From Bacteroidales bacterium (lineage in GTDB: Bacteria; Bacteroidota; Bacteroidia; Bacteroidales; GCA-2748055), in NCBI GenBank assembly GCA_018400695.1, contig JAGYMF010000001.1:3269-67268 (forward strand): DNA of 64,000 bases, read 5' to 3'. Shown here piece after piece: positions 19,971 to 29,750 of the stretch. A model generated the notes under the pieces. That model ran no database searches and had not been told where the DNA came from. It was given only the letters and a program-made list of their open reading frames with translations. The translations under genes and the position numbers were made by a program. Numbering within the stretch: the stretch's first letter is position 1; each line of letters opens with the position of its first letter.

Positions 19971-21803
19971 TTAGCGGGTTGAAGGGATCACCCTTACAGC
20001 ACCTTTGTCGGCTGATGTGACCATGGAAGCATATGCCTGCAACGCTTTGCTGACGACCCGGTCTCTTTTAGGTTTCCAACCATCAGGCGAAGCATCCATT
20101 CTTTTCCGCCTGGAACCGAGCTCCTCCGGATCCAGCAGCAGTTGAATGCTCCTTCCTGGAATGCTGATTTCGATCAGGTCCCCGTCTTCAATCAGTCCAA
20201 TGGCACCATGATCTGCAGCTTCAGGAGAGATATGACCAATAGACAACCCGGAAGTACCACCTGAGAAGCGACCATCAGTGATGAGGGCACACTTTTCTCC
20301 CAACTGCCGGGATTTGATATATGAGGTCGGATAAAGCATCTCCTGCATACCAGGCCCTCCTTTCGGACCTTCATACCTGATAACCACCACATCACCTGCC
20401 TTAACACGGTTCTTCAAAATGGCCTCCACCGCATCATCCTGCGCATCAAATACCCTTGCCGTTCCTCTGAAATTCAGTACATTCTCATTCACTCCGGCAC
20501 TTTTCACAATACACCCGTCCTCTGCAATATTTCCATACAAAACAGCCAGACCACCATCAGCAGTATAGGCATGTTCCATATTCCTTATGCATCCGGCCGA
20601 CCGGTCTGTGTCAAGCTCAGCGTACACCGATTCCTGAGAGCCCATTTCCAGGTTGAACCTGCCACCCGGAGCTGCCCCAAATATCATTCCGGCCTCAGGA
20701 CTCCGATCCTTACCCATAATATCATAAGCTTTGATGGCCTCACCGAGGGTTTTTCCATCAACACGGTATACATCCGTTGCAATCCGCCCCCCACGATCAA
20801 GCTCCGCAAGAATCCCAAGGATCCCACCAGCCCTGTTCACATCTTCCACATGGTATGAAGAGCTGGGGGCCACCTTACACAATACCGGGGTAACACGTGA
20901 AAGTGCGTCCATATCCTTCATGGTAAAATCCACCTCAGCCTCTCTTGCTATAGCCAGCAGGTGAAGCACTGTATTGGTCGATCCCCCCATGGCAATATCG
21001 AGGGTCATGGCATTCTCAAAAGCCTTCCTGGTGGCAATAGACCTGGGGAGTACAGACACGTTACCCTCCTCATAATATGCCACAGTATTCCTTACCAGCT
21101 GACGGGCAGCATTATGGAAGAGCTCCTTCCTGTATGCATGTGTGGCAACAACAGTTCCGTTGCCCGGTAATGCCAGCCCTATCGCCTCATTCAGACAATT
21201 CATAGAGTTGGCAGTAAACATCCCGGAGCAGGATCCACAGGTAGGACATGCCGCCATTTCAACACGTAAAAGCTGTTCATCACTTACTTTATCATCTACA
21301 GCCATCACCATGGAATCCACGAGGTCAATGGCCTTTCCTCCATCATTTCCTGCTTCCATAGGACCACCGGAAACAAATATGGTCGGAATATTCAGCCGCA
21401 TAGCGGCCATCAGCATTCCAGGGGTAATCTTATCGCAGTTACTAATGCAAAAGAGCGCATCCACCTTATGGGCATTGGCCATGTACTCAATACTGTCAGC
21501 AATCATATCGCGTGAAGGCAATGAATAGAGCATGCCATCATGTCCCATGGCAATCCCGTCATCAATTGCAATGGTATTGAACTCAGCAGCAAAATATCCC
21601 ATGGATTCAATGATCCCTTTAACCTCCTGACCGATATGGTGCAGGTGGGCATGACCCGGCACAAACTGCGTGAAGGAATTCGCTATGGCGATCACCGGCT
21701 TACCCATCTGCTCTTCCTTCATTCCGTTGGCACGCCAAAGACTCCTGGCTCCCGCCATCCGGCGCCCCATGGTTGTTGTATGACTCCTGTACGTATGTTT
21801 CAT
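19971..21803 (-). CDS. ilvD: Dihydroxy-acid dehydratase
   Basis: The N-terminus [27 protein letters not shown] parallels E. coli IlvD, and Fe-S Cys motifs are present. The ATG at 21803 is preferred over the TTG at 21809. Confidence 0.95.
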   Translation of the reverse strand: MKHTYRSHTTTMGRRMAGARSLWRANGMKEEQMGKPVIAIANSFTQFVPGHAHLHHIGQEVKGIIESMGYFAAEFNTIAIDDGIAMGHDGMLYSLPSRDMIADSIEYMANAHKVDALFCISNCDKITPGMLMAAMRLNIPTIFVSGGPMEAGNDGGKAIDLVDSMVMAVDDKVSDEQLLRVEMAACPTCGSCSGMFTANSMNCLNEAIGLALPGNGTVVATHAYRKELFHNAARQLVRNTVAYYEEGNVSVLPRSIATRKAFENAMTLDIAMGGSTNTVLHLLAIAREAEVDFTMKDMDALSRVTPVLCKVAPSSSYHVEDVNRAGGILGILAELDRGGRIATDVYRVDGKTLGEAIKAYDIMGKDRSPEAGMIFGAAPGGRFNLEMGSQESVYAELDTDRSAGCIRNMEHAYTADGGLAVLYGNIAEDGCIVKSAGVNENVLNFRGTARVFDAQDDAVEAILKNRVKAGDVVVIRYEGPKGGPGMQEMLYPTSYIKSRQLGEKCALITDGRFSGGTSGLSIGHISPEAADHGAIGLIEDGDLIEISIPGRSIQLLLDPEELGSRRKRMDASPDGWKPKRDRVVSKALQAYASMVTSADKGAVRVIPSTR

Positions 21804-21816
21804 TGTCAACTGTCTT

Positions 21817-21886
21817 AAAGCAGAAAAGCCATCCTCTTTGATGAGAATGGCCTCTTATTTTTTAAAATAGTCTACACCATTCTCAT
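21817..21886 (-). promoter_or_regulatory. ilv operon transcription attenuator (alternative antiterminator/terminator hairpins)
   Basis: On the minus-strand RNA, segment A is AUGAGAAUGGU (21886-21876, overlapping the leader stop codon), segment B is GCCAUUCUCAU (21851-21841) and segment C is GAGGAUGGC (21836-21828). A:B pairs over 11 bp. B:C pairs over 9 bp with a 6-nt loop and is followed by UUUUCUGCUUU, 14 nt before the ilvD ATG. B is shared, so the two structures exclude each other. Confidence 0.7.
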
Positions 21887-21948
21887 GTTGGAAAGATCAC
21901 GATGACCACCACTAGTACGAGAATAATATGTAGACAATCTAGTTTCAT
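21883..21948 (-). CDS. ilv leader peptide (21 aa)
   Basis: The sequence ATG AAA CTA GAT TGT CTA CAT ATT ATT CTC GTA CTA GTG GTG GTC ATC GTG ATC TTT CCA ACA TGA translates to MKLDCLHIILVLVVVIVIFPT. Thirteen of the 21 residues are Ile/Leu/Val, including 11 consecutive. The stop codon lies inside antiterminator segment A. Confidence 0.65.
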   Translation of the reverse strand: MKLDCLHIILVLVVVIVIFPT

Positions 21949-21966
21949 ATGCTGTATAACATGGAC

Positions 21967-21997
21967 CAAAGATAAAGATAAAATCAATACACAAAAA
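21967..21997 (-). promoter_or_regulatory. Candidate ilv operon promoter (-33 TTTG and -7 TATCTTTG)
   Basis: On the minus strand, TTTG lies at 21997-21994 and TATCTTTG at 21974-21967, with a 19-nt spacer. The leader ATG is 19 nt downstream of the -7 box. Confidence 0.5.
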
Positions 21998-22098
21998 CTT
22001 TTTAAGAAAAAATTACAATTTAATTAACAGTTGAAAGCTTGGATAGCTGTAATACAATCAGAATGAAAGTAAGTTACAGGAATTGTGTCTGTAAAAAT

Positions 22099-24501
22099 TT
22101 AATCAACCTGAATAGAATCGTAATAATCACACGGCCTGATAAAAGCCTCTCTAAAACCCTTTGCCCTTACCTCTTTAAGTATGTGGCGGGCCTCATTGAT
22201 TCCGCTATAATTGCCATATACATACCGGTACATACCGTCCGAACCCTTAAATACCCGGACACCCTCCAACTGGCTGAAATAGGATAACTCTACCGGATTT
22301 TTCAGGGCCATGATCTGGATAGTAAAACCATCTGCCCTGCGCCCCTCCTCTAAACGCTCATCTTTGAAACCACTCCTTTCCTCCACAACCTGTTCAAACC
22401 TGCGGTTCTCAATTACACCGGCATCCCTGTACCCTTCATCAATAACCTCTTCGAGCGCCTTCTGGGCTTCAGAACGCGTTTCAAAATTATCGAGTGTATA
22501 CATTACCGACGCCCCTGTCAGGATCAGTGTAATATCCCTGTCATACAGAAAAAGCGGAATGGTATCGTTAAAATCAAAGGTTTCCAGAAGCAGAATGGAA
22601 TATACTTTATCCTGTTCTGGCACAAGATGCAGGGGAACGAAAAGTTCTGCCAGGCGCACCCTGTTATGTCCCTGTTTATCTATTCTCACAGAGACATTCC
22701 GGTTCAGCGCCCGCCCTTTCGGGGCATCGGTGCCATCTGCATAGGTATTGATTGCTACAGGATTATGTTCGCCGGCAGCAACAACCTTTATCCGGTCACC
22801 GGAGACACCCTTACCAACCAGGTAATCCTTTACACCCAGAGCCCGCTTCTCCGAAAGTATTTCATTGTACGCCGAAGATCCCTTTGAATCAGCATGCCCT
22901 ACAAGCTCTATCGTTATATCCCGGAATGCCTTCATCATATCGGCAACATAACCGACCTCTTTTTCAGCCTCCTCACTGAGCGCTGTCGAATTGTAGTCAA
23001 AAAGTATCCTCCCGGAAATATAATAGTAAGATCCGTCCTTCTTCTCCGGATCTGAAACTCTAATAGGTTTTTCAGCTGAAAGCGCTTCAGTTTCCGTCAC
23101 TGCCCGGTTCACCGTGGGTGTTATCCCGCCGGCAGAGGAATCTCTCTCCGCCTCAGCAAGGAGCGATCCCTGCCCGGTCAACGCAACCGTATCTTCTTCC
23201 TCCAGCCAGACAACAGCGTAGATGCCATCGGTGCTTTCATTGCTTTCCCTTCCCCGTGCGTAGTAGTTCTTATTTTCATCCCAGCCGGGATTATAAAACA
23301 GGTCATCACCGGGTGTTGAAATCGGGAAACCGAGATTTCTGACATTGGAAAATGTACCATCCCTGTTTTTCTGTGCTGTAAATACATCAAATCCTCCCAT
23401 GGTTTCATGTCCCTCAGAACTAAAATAGAGGATCGAGTCGTTCCCCAAAATAAACGGTGTTTCCTCCTGGTAATATGTATTGACCTCGGCACCCAGGTTT
23501 TCTGGTTTACTCCACCTTCCCCGTTCATTGCGCACAGACATATATATATCCATTCCACCCCAACCATTTTTCCTGTCACTGGTAAAATAGAGCGTCTGGT
23601 TATCTGCACTGATGCTTGCATGTGTTTCAGAATAACCCGTGTTAATCGGGGATCCGATGCTTTTTGCTGCAGACCAGGATGCTCCGTCATAAACACTTGT
23701 ATAGATATCAGGAGTAAATCCTGAAGTAGAAACCAGATACAACTCTTTTCCGTCCCACGACAGGGAGGACGGGTAATAACTTCCTGGCATATCCAGCTGA
23801 TCATCAATAATAACCGGGTCTGACCAGACACTATCCTTTTCTAGTAACATCGCCGTTTGGGTTCCTTCGCTACCTGTAATCCTCATTACCATTACCGAAC
23901 CATCGCCTGAAATAACAGGGTGGCTGACGCTTTTTCCTTCAACCCGGGTATGTGTAAGCGGAATAAATTCAACCCTGCGCGGATCCTGAACCATCTCCCG
24001 GGCAAGTTCACTGGAGTTAATGAACATATTTGTATATTCGATTTCGGCAAAAGAGAGTTTGTCTAACATGTTTTTGTAACTGTTGAATGCCCCGATGGCC
24101 TTGTCGAATTCATAGTTACGCAGGTAACTTTTCCCCAGCAGGAAAAATGCCAGTGGCGGTGCGCTGGTCTCAAAGTGCGACCCCTCCCTGTAATATTCAT
24201 TGATCGATAACACAGCTTTCTCGAAATGGCGGATGGTCACATCCGGCGGGCTGCCAATTTTCATTTGACAGTAGCCGGTCAAAAAATGAATATTGCTGTT
24301 CAGTGAATCGATATGCAGTATCTGTCTGTAAACATCCAGGGCACTGTGGTAATCCTTTTCTATAAAGTGGGCCTCAGCATCCCTGAACAGGTCACGAAAC
24401 ACCCTGGGATCCTGCGCCCCGATATTGCCTGCAATAAACAGCAGGGATACGAACAGCATAAGGAAAATACCAGGTTTCTTCCGTGTGTTCTCTGTTTTCA
24501 T
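22099..24501 (-). CDS. Multidomain envelope protein: TPR + TolB-like PD40 beta-propeller + OmpA-like peptidoglycan-binding domain + C-terminal SPOR-like domain
   Basis: 800 aa with a signal peptide and N-terminal TPR-like repeats. PD40-type repeats are present (SISADNQTLYFTSDR, ILYFSSEG). The OmpA_C motif is GHADSKGSSAYNEILSEKRALGVKDYL...RALNRNV. The C-terminal FTIQIMALKNP...YRYVYGNYSGINEARHILKEVRAKGFREAFI resembles SPOR. Confidence 0.75.
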   Translation of the reverse strand: MKTENTRKKPGIFLMLFVSLLFIAGNIGAQDPRVFRDLFRDAEAHFIEKDYHSALDVYRQILHIDSLNSNIHFLTGYCQMKIGSPPDVTIRHFEKAVLSINEYYREGSHFETSAPPLAFFLLGKSYLRNYEFDKAIGAFNSYKNMLDKLSFAEIEYTNMFINSSELAREMVQDPRRVEFIPLTHTRVEGKSVSHPVISGDGSVMVMRITGSEGTQTAMLLEKDSVWSDPVIIDDQLDMPGSYYPSSLSWDGKELYLVSTSGFTPDIYTSVYDGASWSAAKSIGSPINTGYSETHASISADNQTLYFTSDRKNGWGGMDIYMSVRNERGRWSKPENLGAEVNTYYQEETPFILGNDSILYFSSEGHETMGGFDVFTAQKNRDGTFSNVRNLGFPISTPGDDLFYNPGWDENKNYYARGRESNESTDGIYAVVWLEEEDTVALTGQGSLLAEAERDSSAGGITPTVNRAVTETEALSAEKPIRVSDPEKKDGSYYYISGRILFDYNSTALSEEAEKEVGYVADMMKAFRDITIELVGHADSKGSSAYNEILSEKRALGVKDYLVGKGVSGDRIKVVAAGEHNPVAINTYADGTDAPKGRALNRNVSVRIDKQGHNRVRLAELFVPLHLVPEQDKVYSILLLETFDFNDTIPLFLYDRDITLILTGASVMYTLDNFETRSEAQKALEEVIDEGYRDAGVIENRRFEQVVEERSGFKDERLEEGRRADGFTIQIMALKNPVELSYFSQLEGVRVFKGSDGMYRYVYGNYSGINEARHILKEVRAKGFREAFIRPCDYYDSIQVD

Positions 24502-24676
24502 TGGTATAACTAAACAATCATATGGACAGTTAGATCATATAACTCTGCAACAATATATTAGAATGGTTTTTAATGTTTATTTTGCAACAAAACAACATTT
24601 TTGTTTTACCTTTTTCCTTTTCCTTAAATCAACCTGTTGATAATCAATCCTCCATAATAGTGTTACACCAACTGTA

Positions 24677-26233
24677 TTATTCAAGAATCAACTGCTCGAC
24701 GGCAACATCTTCACCCCGGATTTGTATATACTCAGTGACCATATCATTCAACCGCCCTTTTTCTTTATCAGCCAGGTTCACTTTCTGACCGATATCATTG
24801 CCAAGGTTGTAGAGCTGGTATTCTTCAGAATTTCCTAGTTCAATATCCACCAATGTATTGATGGCCGGCCCATCATAGGGAGGAATCATCACCCAGTCAC
24901 CCTTCCTGAACGCTGTACGGCTTGTAGCCTCGATGACCAATGCCTCCCGACCCTGTTCAGAATTTCCCATAAATACATCCAGCAAATTCTCACTGTCAGG
25001 TCCTTTCATGTCACTTCCCACGAGGCTGGCAATTGAACTCAGCAGGTCAAGGTGACAAACCAGGGCGTCCGATACTTTTGGTTCAATCCGTCCTTTCCAA
25101 TATACTACAAACGGAACCCTCGTCCCAGCCTCAAAAAGGCTGTATTTCCCACCGCGCAAAGGTCCCGACGGCCGATGATCCCCCAGTTTCTCTACTGCGT
25201 CATCATAATATCCATCATTCAGCACCGGTCCATTATCACTACTAAAAATCACCAGGGTATTCTCCAGTAAACCCTCCTCCTCCAACGTTTTTATAAATTG
25301 TCCGACACACCAGTCAGCCTCCACGATCACGTCCCCCCTTGGTCCCATTCCTGATGATCCAACAAAACGGGGATGGGGTGTTCTCGGCACATGCGGCTGT
25401 TGCAAAGCATAATAAAGAAAAAATGGCTCATCTTTATGCTGCTTTACAAATTCTCCGGCCTTCTCCAGGAAATGATCGGCCATATCCACGTCACTCCATT
25501 TCGCTTCTTCACCACCCTTCATATACCCAATCCTCGGAATACCGTTCACGATACTGCTGTTATGACCATGATGCCAATGCATTGTAAGTAGTTCGGGATT
25601 CTCCAGTCCGGTGGGTTCCCCTTCAAAATTTTCTTTGTAATTGACCTGTATCGGATCTTCAGGATCCTGTCCGACGACATATCCATTTTCGATATAGACT
25701 GTCGGAACACGGTCCTGCGTAGCAGCCATGATATAGGAATAATCAAAGCCCACCTCGTTCGGTCCCGGACCAATTCTATTATTCCAGTCCACCACACCAT
25801 CACCCAATCCAAGATGCCATTTTCCCACGATACCGGTAATATAGCCCTCCGCCTTCAGCATTTTTGGCAATGTGACCTGTGCTGTATCAATGATCAACGG
25901 AGCCGTTCCCGGAAGAATTCTTGCATTCTTATTCTTCCATGGATACATGCCGGTCAGCAATCCATACCTGCTCGGTGTACATGTCGCAGAGGTCGCATAG
26001 CCCTCGGTGAACATGATCCCTTCTGTAGCCAGTTTGTCAATATTTGGTGTTTCCAGTGAAGTTGCACCATAAGCTCCTATATCTCCATACCCCAGATCAT
26101 CCATATAAATCACCACGATATTGGGCTGTTCCGGTGCGACATTGCAGCCCGGCAAAACCAGCAAACCAACAAAGAAAAAAACCAAACCCAATAACACGAT
26201 CTCTTTAATACCTGATTTTCCGTTCATCTTCAT
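24677..26233 (-). CDS. Sulfatase (formylglycine-dependent, S1 family), lipoprotein
   Basis: 518 aa with the lipobox-like LVLPGC, the metal site MDDLGYGD and the formylglycine signature CTPSRYGLLTG. Confidence 0.9.
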   Translation of the reverse strand: MKMNGKSGIKEIVLLGLVFFFVGLLVLPGCNVAPEQPNIVVIYMDDLGYGDIGAYGATSLETPNIDKLATEGIMFTEGYATSATCTPSRYGLLTGMYPWKNKNARILPGTAPLIIDTAQVTLPKMLKAEGYITGIVGKWHLGLGDGVVDWNNRIGPGPNEVGFDYSYIMAATQDRVPTVYIENGYVVGQDPEDPIQVNYKENFEGEPTGLENPELLTMHWHHGHNSSIVNGIPRIGYMKGGEEAKWSDVDMADHFLEKAGEFVKQHKDEPFFLYYALQQPHVPRTPHPRFVGSSGMGPRGDVIVEADWCVGQFIKTLEEEGLLENTLVIFSSDNGPVLNDGYYDDAVEKLGDHRPSGPLRGGKYSLFEAGTRVPFVVYWKGRIEPKVSDALVCHLDLLSSIASLVGSDMKGPDSENLLDVFMGNSEQGREALVIEATSRTAFRKGDWVMIPPYDGPAINTLVDIELGNSEEYQLYNLGNDIGQKVNLADKEKGRLNDMVTEYIQIRGEDVAVEQLILE

Positions 26234-26315
26234 TTTTTATTGATAAAATTAGCAATTAAGTTCCAGATTTCCAGTCTGACACCTCACCTTTCGCTCTAAA
26301 AAATGACAACTCCGG

Positions 26316-28352
26316 TCAGAAACCGATGCTGATCCGCTGCCATCCACGAATCCATGCCACAATATCATGCCGCTCATCAGCAGTTAGTGCGGGTCGCTCC
26401 TCCTCCTGCCATCCCCACTCCTGCATTTCTGTTCCCTTTCGTCCGACCGAAATGGTCGCCAGAAAGTACCCGTTTGAGGCTGCACTCAACAATTCCTGGT
26501 TGTTCAGGGCAGGCGCCTGGTCTCCCTCTCCATGCTGACCATGACACTCGGCACAGTGCAGTCGATAGAGCGGTGCACCCCGCTCATTGTCGCCCGGATT
26601 CCGTCCTGCATAAATGTAATCAGGAGATTTAGAGGCCTCTTCCCGCATATATGCCAGCAGGTTTCCTATATCCTGATTTGTAAGCCGCTCAGCATTATAC
26701 ACATCCGTGCTCCATCCAAACATGGCAGTATGTGAACGGCCAAATGCAATGGTACGGTACAACAGATCGTCCGTTGCCACCGAAAGAAAATCCTCATTGA
26801 TAATTGCAGGTCCTGTCTGACCTTTTCCCTGTTCACCATGACAGCGGGAACACATAAACCGAAATTTAAGTTTTCCTTTTTCAGCATCTGCCTCGTCTAT
26901 AATAAACCTTTCATTTATAGGGATATAGGTTTGCCATGAGCGCATATATTTCACCAATGCATATAGCTCCTGAAGCTGAAGGTTTTGCCAGTCAGGCATC
27001 ACCGCCTCAGCCCTTCCGGTCTGCAATGTATGAAGCAGGAAGCTGTTGTCGGCATTAGAGAGAAGGTCTGCCTGATTCAGTCGCAGCGCAATACCTCCTG
27101 ACCCTTCTGTTCCGTGACATGTTGCACAGTATCTTGTAAACAGTGTTTTTCCCTCTTCAACCCCTGCCCGCTGAAAAGCCGCAGCATCATAAACCGTTCT
27201 CCCAGCTTTTCGGTCGGGCCGTATCATCCTCGCAAGATCAGCAATCTCCGTCTCCCGCAAACCTGAAATATCCGGGTTCCATGAAGCCATTTCACGCTGA
27301 CTTCGCCCCTTCAGCAAAGTAAACACAATAAAATCTTCAGAAACAACTCTTTGGAAATCTTTACCAAGCAATGCCGGCGTACCCATATCATACTCCTCAT
27401 AGCTTTTGCCAATTCCCTCCTTCCCATGACACCCCGAACAGGCCATGGAAAAGGTTCGCTCCCCCTCCATTGACTGTCTGTTGCCTTTAAATTCGTTCAG
27501 GGTCTCCAGGGAAAAATACTCAAATGCGATGTCGGGCTTTGCCAACCCCAATACGAAGGTTGTCAATGCATCAAGCTCCTGTTCGGGCAGATCAATTTTC
27601 AGCATCTGCGAACCCGGAGAGACCATTTCGGGATCCCTGAAATGCTCCTTCAGCCAATTTGAGATGGTCTGTTCCGCATCAATATTCTGGAAGCTGTACT
27701 CGTGACGGGTCTTTTCTCCCTGCTCCGTAAGATCCGGACCGATAATACCTCCTACACCCCTTGCTTTATGACAACCAAGGCACCCTTCACGGTTAAATAT
27801 TTCCTGGCCCTGACGGAACACATCGGTGTGGGAAAAATCTGCATTCTCCGAAAAAATTGCAAGGTGGCACTGTCCACAGGAAGACTGGATATAGGGATCG
27901 GAAAGCAGCGGATGGTCCCAATGTGTGTCCAGTTCGGTCCCATGTGCCTCACGGGAATTCAAAGCCCTCCCCTGTCCGCCGTGACACACCGTACAACCAT
28001 ACTGGTCAGGCGGATGATCATCAAAGAAACCCTCCGGATGGTATGTGAAAGGCTGAGGTGCATCTTTCATTCGTGGGTCCTCGAGGCCCAGATGACAGGT
28101 TACACAGCGGTCGATACGGTTAAGCCCGTTGCTCTCAAACTGCTGGATCCCCTTTCTGAAAAAATGCGATGTGGCCATACCATCTCCAGTATCGAGAGCC
28201 TCAGAATATTTGTGATATTCCCGTTGTAGCTTCTTCCATTCGAGGGCTGTACCCGAAAGGATCGAGGCCATAATAAGGAAAAAGATCAGCAAACCAGAAG
28301 CGATGGCTACAGTCCATTGGTATCTTTGTATGGTTTTCTCTTCTTTCAACAT
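26316..28352 (-). CDS. Membrane-anchored octaheme c-type cytochrome (3 N-terminal hemes plus 5 class-I monoheme domains)
   Basis: 678 aa with an N-terminal TM helix. There are eight CXXCH motifs (CVTCH, CTVCH, CGQCH, CLGCH, CSGCH, CATCH, CSRCH, CAECH). The last five sit in CxxCHG..G context with downstream Met-x-x-W-type distal ligands. It lies 21 nt downstream of the cytochrome b gene. Confidence 0.85.
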   Translation of the reverse strand: MLKEEKTIQRYQWTVAIASGLLIFFLIMASILSGTALEWKKLQREYHKYSEALDTGDGMATSHFFRKGIQQFESNGLNRIDRCVTCHLGLEDPRMKDAPQPFTYHPEGFFDDHPPDQYGCTVCHGGQGRALNSREAHGTELDTHWDHPLLSDPYIQSSCGQCHLAIFSENADFSHTDVFRQGQEIFNREGCLGCHKARGVGGIIGPDLTEQGEKTRHEYSFQNIDAEQTISNWLKEHFRDPEMVSPGSQMLKIDLPEQELDALTTFVLGLAKPDIAFEYFSLETLNEFKGNRQSMEGERTFSMACSGCHGKEGIGKSYEEYDMGTPALLGKDFQRVVSEDFIVFTLLKGRSQREMASWNPDISGLRETEIADLARMIRPDRKAGRTVYDAAAFQRAGVEEGKTLFTRYCATCHGTEGSGGIALRLNQADLLSNADNSFLLHTLQTGRAEAVMPDWQNLQLQELYALVKYMRSWQTYIPINERFIIDEADAEKGKLKFRFMCSRCHGEQGKGQTGPAIINEDFLSVATDDLLYRTIAFGRSHTAMFGWSTDVYNAERLTNQDIGNLLAYMREEASKSPDYIYAGRNPGDNERGAPLYRLHCAECHGQHGEGDQAPALNNQELLSAASNGYFLATISVGRKGTEMQEWGWQEEERPALTADERHDIVAWIRGWQRISIGF

Positions 28353-28373
28353 ATTGCTTTTCTCCTGAACAGG

Positions 28374-29738
28374 TCAAATCAATCCGAATTCCCAATTCTC
28401 CACCCTGAACCAGATACCGATAACGGTAAAAATGATCAGGGCCACAATCGCTGCTGTGAACAGTGCAATGGCCGACATCCTGGTCGACCCGGTTCTGCTC
28501 CTGACAATCATTGCATAAACGATAAAGACAACCACAGTGAAGGTAGCCGGATTGAGCAACATCACGAACCATTGCGAAATCCCGGGAAACCAATCTCTGA
28601 TTCCTCCATACTTAACCAAAACGAGTAACTGTAGCAGCACTACCACAATAGCAAATACTGCTGATCGAACCGTCAGCCGCAGTCCGACCGAACCGGAAAA
28701 CCACTGACCAATATATTGATCTTCCCTGTCTTTATAAGGGATAGAGAAGAGGAACCACATAAAGAGTACCGGCACGACCAGTCCACCCATGAATGCAGAA
28801 TAGGAAACCAGTTCCTGGATTCCAAGGAAATACCAGGGCGATTTTGCAGGGTTCTCCGGGTGGGATGGATTGGCAGCTTCCAACAGTGGTGCCTCAATAA
28901 AGAATGAGAGGAACAGCAGCAGGGCCACTACAGCGATAAAGATCCCCAGCTCGGTCCACATTAAAACCGGCCATGCATACCATTTTTCCTGTTCTTTCAG
29001 CTCCTTTGCGACTGGTCTGCTCAGTCCTCCATCCTTCCTGATACGCCAGAAATGAAGAGCGCTCAGCACAATAAGCGCCAGGGGAAGGAAGACTACATGC
29101 AGCATAAAGAAACGCGTCAGGGCTGTCTGACCCACCTTCTCGTCACCGATCAGTAATTGCTGAAAAAAACCGCCTGCATCGATAAAAGATGTAATACCCA
29201 GCAGATCCGTCAACTCCCTTGCAGATGCTGCAATGTTCGAACCGATGGTTACGGCCCAGTAGGAGAGCTGGTCCCACGGCAGCAGGTAACCACTGAAACT
29301 CATCAGTAGCACAAGCACAAACATCACCACACCGAAAACCCAGTTGAGTTGCCTTCCTCCGAGATAAGCACCTGTATAAAAGGTCCTCAGCAGGTGCAGG
29401 AAAACCACGATAACCATAGCGTGTGAAGCCAGCCGATGGATGTTCCTGATAATTCTTCCCCCGGGAACCACATGCACAATATCCTTGACAGAATTGTACG
29501 CATCTGCAACAGAAGGAGTGTAATGGAGCATCAGCAAGACGCCGGTAAGAATCATGATCAGAAAAAGAAATACAAGTATCACTCCCAGTCCAAACGTAGT
29601 TGTTAGCTTCATGGAATGAGGGTGCACCCGTGGGGCATGGATATGCAGAAAGAAATTTTGCGTAATATTCCTGATTCGCTGTCTTCTGTAGGAATCAGCA
29701 TTTTTTGGGGATCTGGTCTTCTGTGAATTCTGCTCCAT
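28374..29738 (-). CDS. Cytochrome b of a Rieske/cyt b complex (fused b6 + subunit IV type with extra C-terminal helices)
   Basis: 454 aa. The helix-B heme ligand pair is H-x13-H (IHRLASHAMVIVVFLH) and the helix-D pair is H-x14-H (LHVVFLPLALIVLSALH). LLPWDQLSYWA and a PEWY-position SPWYF motif are present. Confidence 0.85.
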   Translation of the reverse strand: MEQNSQKTRSPKNADSYRRQRIRNITQNFFLHIHAPRVHPHSMKLTTTFGLGVILVFLFLIMILTGVLLMLHYTPSVADAYNSVKDIVHVVPGGRIIRNIHRLASHAMVIVVFLHLLRTFYTGAYLGGRQLNWVFGVVMFVLVLLMSFSGYLLPWDQLSYWAVTIGSNIAASARELTDLLGITSFIDAGGFFQQLLIGDEKVGQTALTRFFMLHVVFLPLALIVLSALHFWRIRKDGGLSRPVAKELKEQEKWYAWPVLMWTELGIFIAVVALLLFLSFFIEAPLLEAANPSHPENPAKSPWYFLGIQELVSYSAFMGGLVVPVLFMWFLFSIPYKDREDQYIGQWFSGSVGLRLTVRSAVFAIVVVLLQLLVLVKYGGIRDWFPGISQWFVMLLNPATFTVVVFIVYAMIVRSRTGSTRMSAIALFTAAIVALIIFTVIGIWFRVENWEFGLI

Positions 29739-29750
29739 GCTATGAAAAGA

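Noticed and set aside
24502-24676. A/T-rich imperfect inverted repeats (aaaacaa...ttgtttt) between the sulfatase and OmpA-like genes
   Set aside because: The stems contain only A-U pairs and have low predicted stability. They cannot be distinguished from AT-rich background.
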